Shown piece by piece: positions 48,765 through 61,439 of a stretch of 64,000 nucleotides of DNA. How positions within the stretch are numbered: position 1 is the first letter of the stretch; every line of letters begins with the position of its first letter. The notes under the pieces were generated by a model. The model made no database searches, was not told where the DNA came from, and saw nothing but the letters and a program-made list of their open reading frames with translations. The position numbers and the translations under genes were made by a program. The stretch covers positions 119,598,001 to 119,662,000 of the forward strand of contig OZ024741.1 in the NCBI GenBank assembly GCA_964016885.1, written 5' to 3'. Source of the DNA: Eledone cirrhosa. Taxonomy: Eukaryota.

Positions 48765-50520
48765 CATCATCATCATCATCATCGTTTTTACATCCGTTTT
48801 TCCACACTTGAATGGGTTGGACAGGTTCTTTTCAGCACGGCATCTCTCCACTAGTTGTGTTCCTTCATCATGTCCTCTTTCAGTCTCAGCAATTTGTGGT
48901 CTGCTTTCACAACCTCTGCCCAGGTATTTCTTGGTCTACCTCTACTGCGGCTTCCTTCCATTTGGATTTCTTGGCACTTCTTCACCCAGTGATCATTGTC
49001 CATGTGCATCATGTGTCCATACCAATGTAGTCTTCTCTCCTGCACACAACCCAAATTTCACTACCATGCAACATCGGACTTCAGACACAGGCGTCATACA
49101 GTCGTCCTTTTGTTATCAAAGTGGGAGTAGTTCTCTAAACTTCTTCCATCCTCTCTTTATTCTAGCTATTATGTTCTCAGAGCACCCTCCTCCACTGCTA
49201 ATTAAAGTCACCTAGATAGCAGAAGCTATCAACCACTTCCATGTGCCCTTCCTGTGACTTGAAGAGGTTTATATCACTGGCATTCTTCCCTTCGATTACC
49301 CCTGTGCTTCTACATACAAAGTCTTCCCTTCTTGTTAGTCTACCCATTATCCCACTACATCTCTTGTGTACTCAAGATTTACATTCTGTACATTGTATGC
49401 CTACTCTCTTTCTACATATTAAGCAGGGCCACTTCTCTGATTGAATCCGGCTTCTATCTTCTTTCCTACTCAGTAGCACTTTCTGTTTCCGTAGTCGGAA
49501 TTTATTTTGTATTTTTATTCAGCTATAAGAACCAGATCATTGCCTGTCTCTTGACTTTAATGGTTCTATCCAGTGAGCTGTTCCCCCACCAGGTCATCTA
49601 TTTGGTTGGTGCTCTACTCCAGCCACAAGTATTGTCAGTAATTTGCAAAAGGTTATCATGTGAGAATTTCCAGTTGTCTTCTATGTTATATGTATTAACT
49701 CATCACCTCTCTCATAAAATACATCTCATAAGGCATTTCTAAACCTATATTTGACTGAAAGGTCTTTTGGCTTCCAAACCCTCCATCTCTATATTTTCCT
49801 GCATATCTTGTTCTCTCTTGTGTTTATTTTGATGTCACTAATAACTAACTTGTGTTGGGCAGTGCATTCTTCCCCAGGGAAGGCCTGAGTATTTATTACA
49901 GTCCTTTTGTCTTGTTGTCTTACAAGTAAGTAATCAATCCAGCTTGTGTGTTCGCCAGATTGATATGAGATCAGGCTGGTTTCCTGAAATTTGTGTTGCA
50001 AATGGTTAGTTCATTTGCATCACAGAATTCCAGGAGCCTTAATCCTTCATTTTTTAGCCATAACCATAGCCACCATGAGCTCCATTGAATCCATCCTGGT
50101 ACTGCTCCACATGTCCATTGGAGTCGCCTGCCAGGATGATGAGGTCTCCTTCATCGGTACCTGAAGTTGTCTGTAAAAGTTCCTCATAGAACCTGTCCTT
50201 CTGTTCTTTACTCAGTCCTGCCCGTGGAGCATTGTTAGATGTAATTGTTACCATTCTATTTCCTATAGCTATTCTAAGCTTGTCACTTACTCTTACTTCT
50301 ATCACCTTATCTATTAATTTCTCAGCTAGTAAGATGCCTATACCACCTACCTCATTGTTATTTCCTATCCAGTAAAGTTTGTATCTATGCTGTTTGCCTG
50401 TGAATTTTCTCCTGTACATAGCATATATCCACTTCTCTCCTCTCTAATAGCTCCCAATTCCCCTTAATTTACCTTTCAGAGTGTTAACATTGAGGGTGGC
50501 AGTCCTAAGATTTGTACCAT
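48765..50520 (-). mobile_element. Decayed RTE copy with internal deletions (APE start, PHD, C terminus, tail); ~ bounds
   Basis: LAGDSNGH, WIDYLL and GRPRNTW; (ATC)n tail at the left end. Confidence 0.85.
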
Positions 50521-51397
50521 GACAGTTGTTACTTTCTTGTGGTAGAAGTTCTATGTATCTGAAAGAGAAAAGGGTTGTGCAATATATACATATATATATA
50601 GTAGTGAAAGAGTGAAGAATAACATGGTCGGCTGTACAAAAAGCGTTTTATTTAGAGTATTAACAATTGTTTCATTGACCGCCAGACAGTCCTATACGAG
50701 CAGGACAAGAAATCTTGCCTCAAGTGGGAAACCTCCCATCCAAACCCATGCAAGCGTGGAAGATGGACGTTAAGCGATGATGATGATGATCAGTCTAAAG
50801 GCCGCTTATCACTCAAAGTTGCGTCACTCGACCTTAAATACAGTGTGTGTCTCTGATCAAATCATCGGAATACTGGCGGGTGTAACACATGGCATTGGTA
50901 TTTATAGATACATCGGAGAATCAAATGAATGAATACAACAACATCAATAATAAAAGATAATAATAAAGAGGTTAGAATGAAAATGATAAAGATGTAAAAA
51001 ATACGCAAAAAACAAGTACAGAATACAATTGCTGATAATAGTAGTGGTGGTGGTGGTGGTAGTTGAAGTTATAATGGTGAGTAAGTGGATGTGTAAACTA
51101 GTGATGACGGTAAAGATAACAATAACATGAAAAGAAATACTAAATATATGATATGTAGTATAAATGCAAGAGGTATAATCAAATCTCAGAGGATTAAAAT
51201 AAAAAAGATTAAAAAATAAAAAATAACAGATATAAGATAAGAAATAATAAAAAATAAGTAAGAGAGGAAGAGATAAGGGACAGAGAGTGAGGATAAGGAT
51301 TCGAGAATGAGACATAAGGGGTAGGGTTATATATTTATATATATGTGTATGTATATATACATATATAACCCTACCCCTTATGTCTCATCCTCGGCAC

Positions 51398-54300
51398 TAT
51401 AAAAGACAGATTCTACGAGACACTGATGCTCACTACCTCCCAAATAACCGACAGTGACTATATAATTATCGCAGGCGACCTAAATGGTCACGTTGGACAA
51501 CATTGTGACGGCTACGACGAAATCCATGGAGGCTATGGGTTTGGTACTAGAAATGAGGAAGGCTCCAGAATCCTGGAATTCTGTGACGCAAATAACCTAA
51601 CTATCTGTAACACTAACTTCAAAAAACGTGACAATCACCTGATCACCTACAGATCAGGGGAACACACAAGCCAGGTAGATTATATCCTTACCAGAAGACG
51701 TGACAGAGTGTCTGTTGTAAACACTAAATCCCTCCCCCATGAAGAATGCACCTCCCAACATAGACTGATAATTAGCGACCTCATAGTCAGGACGAGACGT
51801 ACTCGACAGCAGAAGAGGACTATCCTCAGGAGAAAAATATGGAAGCTAAAGGACCCCACAGCCAGAAATAAATTTCAAAGCATATTACTTGATGCTTTCG
51901 ACAGTAAGGAAGAGCATTTAGAGTCGGACAATATAGAGGGACAGTGGGAATTTCTGAAAGCAAACCTGCTGATGGCGGCAGACGAAGTCTGTGGCTGGAG
52001 CAGGCCTGTAGGCAGGAGGAGAGTAACATGGTGGTGGAACAGTAGGGTGGAGGGGTCAATTAAGGCCAAAAAGCAGGCTTGGAAAGTATGGCGGGATGGG
52101 GGAAGTAGAGAAGACTATCAAGTGGCCAGGAGGGAGGCTAGGAGACAAGTGTACTTCGCAAGAAGGGAAGCAGAGGAAAGAAAGTTCAAGCATGTTCTAC
52201 AACGCGAGGACCAAAAACGTGAGGTTTTCAGGATTGCTAGGCAATGTGTCAAGGAAAACCGTGATATTGTCGGGGAGAAGTGTGTACTTAATGATGACGG
52301 CGTACTTGCCATCACCGACGCTGATAAGAAGGTAGCTTGGAAGTGCCACTATGAAAGGCTACTAAATGAGGAGAATAAATGGGAGAAAGACAGTCTCCCC
52401 CACATCGACCCAATAGAGGGACCAGCAGTGTTAGTCGAGGGTAGTATAATAAGTAAGGCAATCAAGGATATGAAGACGGGTAAGGTGGCTGGGCCTTCGG
52501 AAATAGTTGCTGAGATGCTGAAGGCATCTGGCTCGGTGGGACACACCTTGGTCACCCGGATAGTTAACCAAGTCGTACAGAATGGGGTTGTTCCGAAGGA
52601 CTGGCATAGCAGCATCATTGTTAACTGTTATAAGGGTAAAGGAGATGCCCTAGATAGGAGTAACGATAGAGGCATTAAACTAATCGACCAGGTCATGAAG
52701 GTCACGGAAAAAGTAATAGCGCAACTAATCAGAGAGAGAATTGACCTAGATGAAATGCAGTTCGGGTTTGTGTCAGGCAAAAGTACCACAGACGCTCTTT
52801 TCATTGTACGTCAACTACAGGAGAAGTACCTAGCTAAAGGTAAACCCTTCTACTTAGCTTTTGTCGACTTGGAGAAAGCCTTCGACAGAGTCCCCCGTTC
52901 CATTATCTGGTGGGCCCTTAGAAAACTAGGTGTCGACGAATGGCTTGTGAGAGCTATACAAGCCATGTATAAAGAAACAGTCAGCAAGGTTAGAATTAAC
53001 AACGAATATAGTGAAGAGTTTAGCGTAAAAGTTGGCGTCCATCAGGGCTCTGTTCTCAGCCCCCTACTATTTATTATTGCCCTTCAGGCTATAACAGAGG
53101 AGTTCAAGACCGGCTGCCCATGGGAACTCCTATACGCAGACGACCTGACACTCATAGCTGAATCAATGGCCGAGCTAGAGAAGAAATTCCAAACATGAAA
53201 GCACGGCCTAGAATCAAAAGGCCTTAAAATTAACCTGGCTAAGACTAAAGTTCTAGTTTGTAGGAAAGAAAATAAGGCGGCGGTCCCTTCCGGGAAATGG
53301 CCATGCTCAGTGTGTATGAAAGGCGTAGGTAGAAACTCCATTTTATGTCCCAAATGCAAAGTATGGGTGCATAAAAGATGTAGTGGGATCACAGGTAAGC
53401 TAACTAAGAACTTAGATTTTACATGTGGGCGGTGCTCTGGTGCAATAAGTAGCAGCGAGTGCCCACAAAATACTAACTCTTTCAATTGCGCAGAGGGCTC
53501 TATAGAAATAGTGGACAGCTTCCGTTACCTGGGTGACAAAATCAGCAGTGGGGGAGGGTGCTCCGAAAGTACAGTAGCTCGAGTCAGAACTGGTTGGAAA
53601 AAGTTCAGAGAGCTTATACCACTATTAGCCGCTAAAGGGTTCTTCCTAAAAATGAAAGGCAGGTTGTATGATGCCTGCATGCGAACAGCAATGTTGCATG
53701 GCAGCGAGACCTGGGCATTGTGCGCAGAGGATATACACAGACTAGAGAGGAACGAAGCTTGCATGCTCCGCTGGATGTGTAATAGTAATATATGTGAACG
53801 GCAAAGCATAAACGAACTAAGGAAAAAATTAGAAATAAGAGGAATCAGATGTTGTTTACTCGAGAGAAGGCTACGTTGGTACGGACACGTGATGCACATA
53901 AAAGTCGATAGCTGTATAACAAAGTGCAGGGCAATAAAGATAGACGGTAGCCATGGAATAGGCAGACCTAGAAAATCCTGGGACGAGCTGATAAACTCCG
54001 ACCTCACACACTTACACCTCTCCAAGACAATGTCACTGGACCGAGACCTTTGGCGGTACTCAGTAATAGAGAAGACCCGCCTTACCTAAATACATAGTAA
54101 AACCTACCACAGCCAGTAGGCATCTCTAACAAAATACACCCCCGTCCCACCACCCACACCCCCATCCACACCACCCCCTCCTATGTAAAGTTATGTTGGT
54201 GCCACAACATCCAGGCCGAAACAAATGAGATTGTGTAGGTTTTTAACGTTTAACGTCCGTGTTCCACGCTTGCATGGGTTTGTTGTCACGACAAAAAAAC

Positions 54301-54520
54301 ACACAGTCCACGCTGTAATGTGGCCGTGTAGGCAACACGGTAAAAACCTCCCAGTCCCACACTGTAAATGTGGTTGGTGTTAGGAAGGGCATCCAACTGT
54401 AGAAAACCTGCCAGACAGTCCTATGCGAGCAAGACAATCACTCTTGCCTCAAGTGGGAATACCCCCGTCCAAACCCATGCAAGCGGGAACACGGACGTTA
54501 AACGTTGATGATGATGATGA
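51398..54520 (+). mobile_element. RTE-clade LINE, 5'-truncated, with partial APE, RT, PHD finger, 3'UTR and (GAT)n tail
   Basis: IIAGDLNGH, QVDYIL and SQHRL APE motifs; DLEKAFD, GVHQGSVLSP and YADD RT motifs; GRPRKSW; ORFs 51426-53198 and 53310-54089 are in one frame split by a single TGA. Confidence 0.95.
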
Positions 54521-54582
54521 TATATATGTGTGTGAGAGAGAGACAGATATCTGTATGCTGTATATTCCTACTTTATCTGCAG

Positions 54583-54739
54583 AGACACTAACTCAATGGT
54601 TGAAGAATTCATGCTGTTAGGAAATATTGCTGCTGCTAAAAAGATCTATGAGACATTTTCAGAATTTGCTGTCCTGCGTCGACATCCTGCACCACCCATC
54701 TCCAACTTCAAACCTTTAATAATGGCTGCAGTTTCAAGG
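54583..54739 (+). CDS. DIS3: DIS3 exon 17 ([13 protein letters not shown]...LRRHPAP)
   Basis: cag/gtaaga boundaries, 157 nt. Confidence 0.95.
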
Positions 54740-55005
54740 GTAAGACACTCTGCTCACACTTCCAAATTACCTCATTCAAATACATAGGAAAATAGTAATC
54801 GTTTCTGACCTTGGTACAATGCTTCATATTTACAAGGTAGATGGAGTTGTACTTCATTTATTAACCTGGAAAGGATGAAAGGCAAAGTTGACCATGGAGA
54901 GATTTGAGTGCAGTGAGCTGGAACAAATACCAAGGGTTTTTTAATCTGATGCCTTAATGACTCTGCCAATTCACCACCTTTACAAAGGAATTACAGTTTT
55001 TTTAA

Positions 55006-55257
55006 CCCTTTTGATAACATATCTCCTGAAAATGGTCCTGGTTTAAGACACAAAATTGTTTGTTTTAAAGTGTTTATTATTGTCTAGAAACTTTCCATAA
55101 TAATCTTATGTAAGAAACTTTGTTAATATATGTTCCAAACAACATCTTAATAATGAGTTAGTTAGTTATAACATTAAATCATTCCAAATTCTTGGCTATT
55201 TTCAAAATTATTTCAAAATCATAGGCTCTATCACATAGAAATATGGTCACTAAAGGG
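55006..55257. mobile_element. Second TTAA-type MITE family; partial copies at ~28520-29645, 39230-39450, 39940-40145, 44272-44530, 47610-47740, 57952-58020
   Basis: TTAA|CCCTTTTGATAACATAT...ATATGGTCACTAAAGGG|TTAA. Confidence 0.75.
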
Positions 55258-56490
55258 TTAATCGACTATGTTTTAAAAAGTTAAAGTTTGTCTTCGTCTT
55301 TGAGACTTGTCACACCTCACTTTATCCTGGTTTTTTGAGACATTATGCAAGAGAAAGTACAAGACTTCCTCTTGGATGGGTTGCTAGTCCATCACATGTT
55401 TAACTTACCTATTTTTTCACAAAAAGTACAATGTTGAAAACCAATATTTGTCTTATCTATTGGACCTACAAAACCTCAATTTAAAAGGTATGTAAAATGG
55501 AGTTGTGACTTAGCCACTGTACCCACAAAACCTCAATTCAAAATAAATGGTATGTTGTAAATGTATGTAAAATGGAGGCGTGACTTATCCATGAGTATAT
55601 AGACTAAAGCTTTCTCATTTGTGAAAGGTTTAGTTTATAAGAACAGCTCTTGATGTTTCTTTCTTTTTGGAAGTCTTATTATTTTTTATATCATCTTCAC
55701 CATTAGTTGTTCTTGGAGTGTGACATGGGATTAACTGCACTTGAAAACCTACCAAACAACTGATCAGGAGGACTGTTCAGTTGTTTCAAAGACATCACAA
55801 CCTCCCTAGTGTTGGTGCCACAATAAAATGCACCTGATGCACTCTGTAGAGTGCAGGAATGTATATAAGTGTTAAGTGGGCTCCTGACCCCACTGATAGG
55901 TCAATAGTTCCAATAAGTTCTGACTTGGTCTGTGACAGCCTATCCAAAACCTTTGCTAGCAGGAAAAACACATATTAAATGATGATGAGGATGTGGATTT
56001 CCATTTATTTAACCATTTAGTAAGAGGAAGGACTTCCAGCTATAGAAAGCATGCCAAACAAAGGGTTTGAACAGTACAAATCAGCGCTAGGATTGCATTA
56101 CATTAAAAATTGAAGTTTCACTCTAATACTTCACATTTTTCACTATCATCTGTCCACTAGTAAAGATGTTATAAATATTTGAATTGACCAACCATATGAA
56201 ACCATATTAGCAAGACAGTCATAGCAAAGTACAAAATAGCAATATGACTGCATTACGTTTTTAATTAAAGCTTTTACTCAAATACTGCACATTTTTCACA
56301 ATGATCTGCCTATTAGTAAAGATCCTATAAACATTTGAATTAAAAAACACTGTATTTTTTAAAGATATTTTCTTTTAAATCATTACAGGATATTAAGAGT
56401 TAAAGTCATTCTTTTCTCCTTCAATTCAGTTTTCTGGTTCTTTGATTTATACTTTTGGCTTTGTGTTGTCACTCTTTCTCTTTCTACTAG

Positions 56491-56711
56491 GGAATCGAGA
56501 TGGACTGTACCACAAGCAAGGCTTTGGCTGATTCCTTAGATAATGCAAATATGGGAGAAGATGCTAATTCCAATTTGATGTTGCGTATGATGACAACTCG
56601 CTGCATGATGCAGGCCGTGTATTTCTGCAGTGGGACACAATCAGAATCTGAATTTATTCATTATGGTTTGGCTACACCCATATATACCCATTTTACTTCC
56701 CCTATCAGAAG
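56491..56711 (+). CDS. DIS3: DIS3 exon 18 (SKALADSLD...[18 protein letters not shown])
   Basis: tag/gtgagt boundaries, 221 nt; RNase II signature. Confidence 0.96.
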
Positions 56712-57831
56712 GTGAGTAAATTTTTCTCAGTAAGACAATCTCTCCAGTGCTAGTGCCATAATAAAATGCATCCAGTACACTCTGTAAAGGTGTTAGGAAT
56801 GGTATCTAGTCATAGAAACCATGTTAAAAATAGTAAAGAGAACTCTTTCATCACATCAAAGACATGATGACCTCTCTAGTGCTGGTGCCATGATAAAATG
56901 CACTTTGTACACTGTAAAGTGTGTGGTGTTAGGAAGGTCATTCAGCTGTAGAGATCATACCAAAAATGGAATGTATTAAGCAAGATGTCCTTTGAGTCAA
57001 CTAGGAGGTCAGTAGCTCTGATTAAGTATTGACTTGCGCTGTAATGATCCGCCCAACCCATTCCAACATGGAAAAACAAAATAAAATTAATGATGATTGT
57101 CTTGGAACCTTTTACTTTTATTGTTCTTACATCTTATATATATGTGAGACATGAAGGATGAATGTGGAGCAGCAGAGAAGGCTGGAAGAAATGAAAATGA
57201 GAGTGGCTTGGTGAAAGAGTAAGGTATTGCTCAGAGAGGAAAACAAACAATGAAATGCACAGGATAATGGGAATAGAATTAGTGATGAATCTTGTGAAGA
57301 GAAATGGAATGAGATGATTGGGTCATATGTTTTGAAAGGATGAAAGTCTGTGTGAAAGGAATAGAGCCAGTGATTAAATGTTAAGAAAAATGGAATGAGG
57401 TGGCTGGGTCATGTGTTGGGGAAGGTTGAAAATGACTGGGTGATGGAGAATAGAACCAGTGATGAATGTTGTGAAGAGGAATGAAATGGAATAGTTGGGT
57501 CATGTGTTGAGGAAGGATGAAAGTGACAGAGGATTGCTGGAAATGAATGAATGGAAAGAAATAGAGGAAGGGGAAGACCAAGAAAGACATGGCAAAAGAT
57601 GACCGATGAATAATGTTGAGGTGGGAGATGCAGAAGATATGGCAAAATAGAGAAAAATTGTCCTGGAGCCTACAATCCTCACTCTTGTTCTTGCAGGGAA
57701 AAATTTCTTTAAAATGTTGTTGTGTTGTTATTGTTTTACTAGAATAGATGATTTTTTTTATTATTAATATTTGCAGTGTTTTGTATCTGTAATCTAATTA
57801 ATTCATGTTTACTGTCTTTCTACCACCTTAG

Positions 57832-57922
57832 GTATCCAGATATATTAGTACATCGGTTGTTAGCTCTAGCTATTGGGGCTGATGCATCTTACCCAGATTT
57901 GCTAGATAAAACTAAACTGCAG
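57832..57922 (+). CDS. DIS3: DIS3 exon 19 (YPDILVHRLLA...)
   Basis: tag/gttagt boundaries, 91 nt. Confidence 0.95.
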
Positions 57923-59742
57923 GTTAGTTCCCAATTTCTTTTTCTAGTTAACCCTTTTGATACCAAGCCACCTGAAACCAATTCTAGCCTACATTACTGA
58001 GCTGTTTTAAAGTGTTTATATTTATCACACTTACAAATTATCTAATCCAAATAAGTAAAAAGATAAGGAAGATGAAATCACCTTAACTATTTTCATACCA
58101 AATTGCTTGAAACTACCCTTGCTTCTGTGATACAAAACTGTTTGTTTTAATGTGTTTATCGACGTCATGATCATTTTAACGACCGCTTTCCCTGCTAGCA
58201 AAGGTTGGATGAGTCTACATAGACCAAGTCAGTCCTGAAGTGGGGCTACTGACCTCCCAGACAAGCCAGAGATCTGTATCTTGTTTCCGTATGGTCTCAT
58301 ATTCTACTGAGTGCACAGGGGAAGTTGTCATGTCTTTGATACAACTGAAGAGTCCTCTCAACCCTTTGTGTGGCAAGCTTTCTACAGCTGGATGCCTTTC
58401 CTATCACCAAGTTTATATTTATCTAAAAACCATATATTATAATTTTATGTAAGAACCTTTGTTGAGTTATGATTCAAATACCAACTTAGTTATGAGAAAG
58501 TTTGTTATATTACTAAATCACATCAAATAAAAATATGCTAATGAACAGGTTAAATTAGAGTGTTAGGTAAAATGTCTTGTGTTATTTATTACAGCGCTTT
58601 ACATTCTGAGTTCAAATCCCATGAAGGTTGACTTTACTTTTGTTCTTCTGAAGTTGATAAATAAAGCACTTGTCTAGGGTGGAAGACAGGTGCAATTGTT
58701 CAAGCATTGAATAGCATGCCTCGTGGTATTGTTTCAGGTCTATGCATCTGAGTTCAAATTCTACCATGGTGCACTTGAATGGTAGATTTAATCGGACGCC
58801 ACTTTAACACCACCATCTGAACCTAGGGCAGCTTTAGTGGAGTATACTCTATTGTATGCATTCTGAACAGGTCTCCAGTTCGAGAATGTTTTCTACCCTT
58901 CTTAAAAGTTATGAAAGTCTCTAGAAATGGTCAAGGGCATTGCCCCTGTTTCCTGACTGAGCAATAACAAAATAATTTAGCATTTGCATTTACATTTTAT
59001 AGGGTTTTAGAGGACTCTTCAGTCTGGCTGAACATGTGAGAACCTCTCTCGCACTGGTGCCATGATTAAATGCATTCAGTTCACTGTTTAATGTGGTGGT
59101 GCTGGTGTTATGAAAAGTGTACTCAGTACACCCTGTAAGGTAGTTGAGGTTAGGAAGAGCATCTAGCTGTAGAAATCTTGCTAAATATGGAATGTATAAA
59201 TAAGATAAGGTCACTTTGACCTGTCTGACCTCGAACTGTGACAACCTATCCACTCCATGCCAGCATAGAAAGTGTATGTATGATGATGATAATGAAGAGG
59301 GCTAAACCTAACCTAATAAAATAATAAAAAAATTAACATGTTAATCATGCTAGAGTTGAAAAATGAATGAAAAACAATCAAGAAAATATTTATTGCTCAA
59401 ATAATTTTTTTAGTGGTTTTTAAAATAGCTACACTGTATCCCTGCTTGTCATAAGAGGCGACTCTGGCTCTAAAACATTTTCTCAAAACATCCTGACTGT
59501 ATGTATCCCAGCTTTTACAATTGGCACACTATGTCCCTGCATGTTGTAAGAGGCATCAGACAGGGCATTCTGCTGTAAAATATTGCCTCAAAAAGTTTCA
59601 TTCAACTTATGTCAGCATGGAAATGTGTTTGATGATGATGATGATGATGAACTTCACTTGATATTTTATAAGATGAGAATGATTGAAAAAGTTTTTAAAT
59701 AACAAGTTCACATAATGTATTTTTAATTTTTATTTTCTTCAG

Positions 59743-59820
59743 AATATCTGTCTTCACTGCAATTTCCGTCACAAAATGGCACAAGAAGCTTCTCGATCTT
59801 CTGTTAATCTTCACACTCAT
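59743..59820 (+). CDS. DIS3: DIS3 exon 20 (NICLHCNFRHKMAQEASRSSVNLHTH)
   Basis: cag/gtaagt boundaries, 78 nt. Confidence 0.94.
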
Positions 59821-59861
59821 GTAAGTTATTGTTTTCTTCTGATATTTATTGCTCTCTCTTT

Positions 59862-60120
59862 AGTCTGTATTCCAGTTTAGAATAAATGCACTGTATTCCT
59901 GTGTGTATCCAGTTTAGAATAGGCACACTGTATCTCTGTGTGTATCTGGTTTAGAATAGGTACACTATATCTCTGTGTGTAACTGGTTTAGAATAGGTAC
60001 ACTGTGTCCCTGTGTGTATCTGGTTTAGAATATTCCTATGAGTATCCAATTTAAAGTAAATACATTGTATCCCTGTGGGTATTCAGTTTGGAATAAGTAC
60101 ACTGTATCCTTGTGTGTTTC
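59862..60120. repeat. ~37-bp minisatellite
   Basis: TTTAGAATAGGTACACTGTATCTCTGTGTGTATCTGG, about 6 units. Confidence 0.85.
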
Positions 60121-60379
60121 AATTATTTCATATAATGGCTTCTTGGTGTGTGTGTATGTACTTAGGAGTGTATGTGTGTGTGTATGTATTTGGGAGTGTA
60201 TGTGTGTGTGTGTATGCCAAGTTGCCACAAATGTGATATCAACACTGTTTAAAAAAGCCAGTGGTAACATTTATTTATCTTCCCTCTAAAGAAAACATCC
60301 TGCAGCATAGCAGTTCAATGAATATCAACAGAATATGTACGATAATGATGTTGATATATATATAAGAAATGATGTCAAT

Positions 60380-60925
60380 TATCAGACCTTCCTCATAATA
60401 TGTCCATCCACCTCCCAAAATACAGTTCTGCTATGAGCAAGGTATGGTGCGGCCAACTGGCCAGACCCTTCTCATATCATGACCATACTGTAAAAATGTG
60501 GTTGATGTAAGGAAGGGCATCCAGCAGCTGTAAAACCAAGTCAAAACGCCAACTGGCTAGACCTTCCTCATAACAGCTCCACCCAGCTTCCAAATATGAA
60601 TCCGCTCATGAGCAGGGTATAGCACGATCAACTGGCCAAACCCCTCTCATAACAGGTCCACCCAGCTTCCAAATACAAATCCGCTCATGAGCAGGGTATG
60701 GCATGACCAACTGGCCAAACAACTGAACCTCCCAGTTCCACACTGTAAACATAGTTGGTGTTAAGAAGGGCATCCAGCTGTAAAAAATCCACCCAAAATA
60801 CAGTTCTGTTTGAACAAGGTATGGTGTGGCCAACTGGCCAGACTTGCCTCATAATGTGGACGCTCTTTCTAACCCATGCAAGCATAGAAAATAAGACGTT
60901 AAATGGTGATAATGATGATGATTGT
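60380..60925 (+). repeat. ~80-bp tandem units within an RTE-3'UTR-like element
   Basis: Repeated ATGAGCAGGGTATGG..C.ACCAACTGGCCAGAC..CCTCATAA, ending in a (GAT)n tail. Confidence 0.7.
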
Positions 60926-60981
60926 AGAATCTTTTTTTTCTTTGGATTTATTTGAATTTCTTTTCTTTTCTCTTTGCTCAG

Positions 60982-61131
60982 ATATTCTTCAATGAAAAGC
61001 GGTGTGATGAAGAAGGTTACATTCTATTTGTACGTAAAAATGCCATTCAAGTACTAATTCCAAAATATGGTTTGGAAGGAACCATCTATATTAAAAAAGA
61101 GCAGAATTCAATTCTGGTCTTTGATGATGAG
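60982..61131 (+). CDS. DIS3: DIS3 exon 21 (S1 domain, EEGYILFVRKNAIQVLIPKYGLEG); gene continues right of the window
   Basis: cag/gtgaga boundaries, 150 nt. Confidence 0.95.
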
Positions 61132-61439
61132 GTGAGATCATACAATCTATATATAAATTTCAGCGTCATACAATGTGTGTGTGTGTTTGTGTGAATGTAT
61201 GTGTGTGTAAAAGGAAGGAAGGGCATGGTGAAAAACTATAGCAAAACTGGCTGGCTTTCCATTTGCTATGCTGTGTGTGAGTGTATGTGTATTTGTGTAA
61301 ATGTCTGTATGTGTGTGTGTGTTTGTGCGAATGTATGTGCGTTTTTGTGTGAATGTATATCTGAGTGTATTTTTGTAAGTATGTGTGTTTGCGCGTTTAT
61401 ATTTATATACACCCATATACACCTATGCATCAGCGTGTT

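Noticed and set aside
53196-53198. Programmed readthrough or selenocysteine at the RTE TGA
   Set aside because: The homologous position in the 29.5-kb copy is TGG; a single G>A change is simpler
26955-61131. DIS3L, DIS3L2 or a pseudogene instead of DIS3
   Set aside because: The CR3 motif and intact PIN and RNB acidic residues are present, and all 21 exons join in phase without stops
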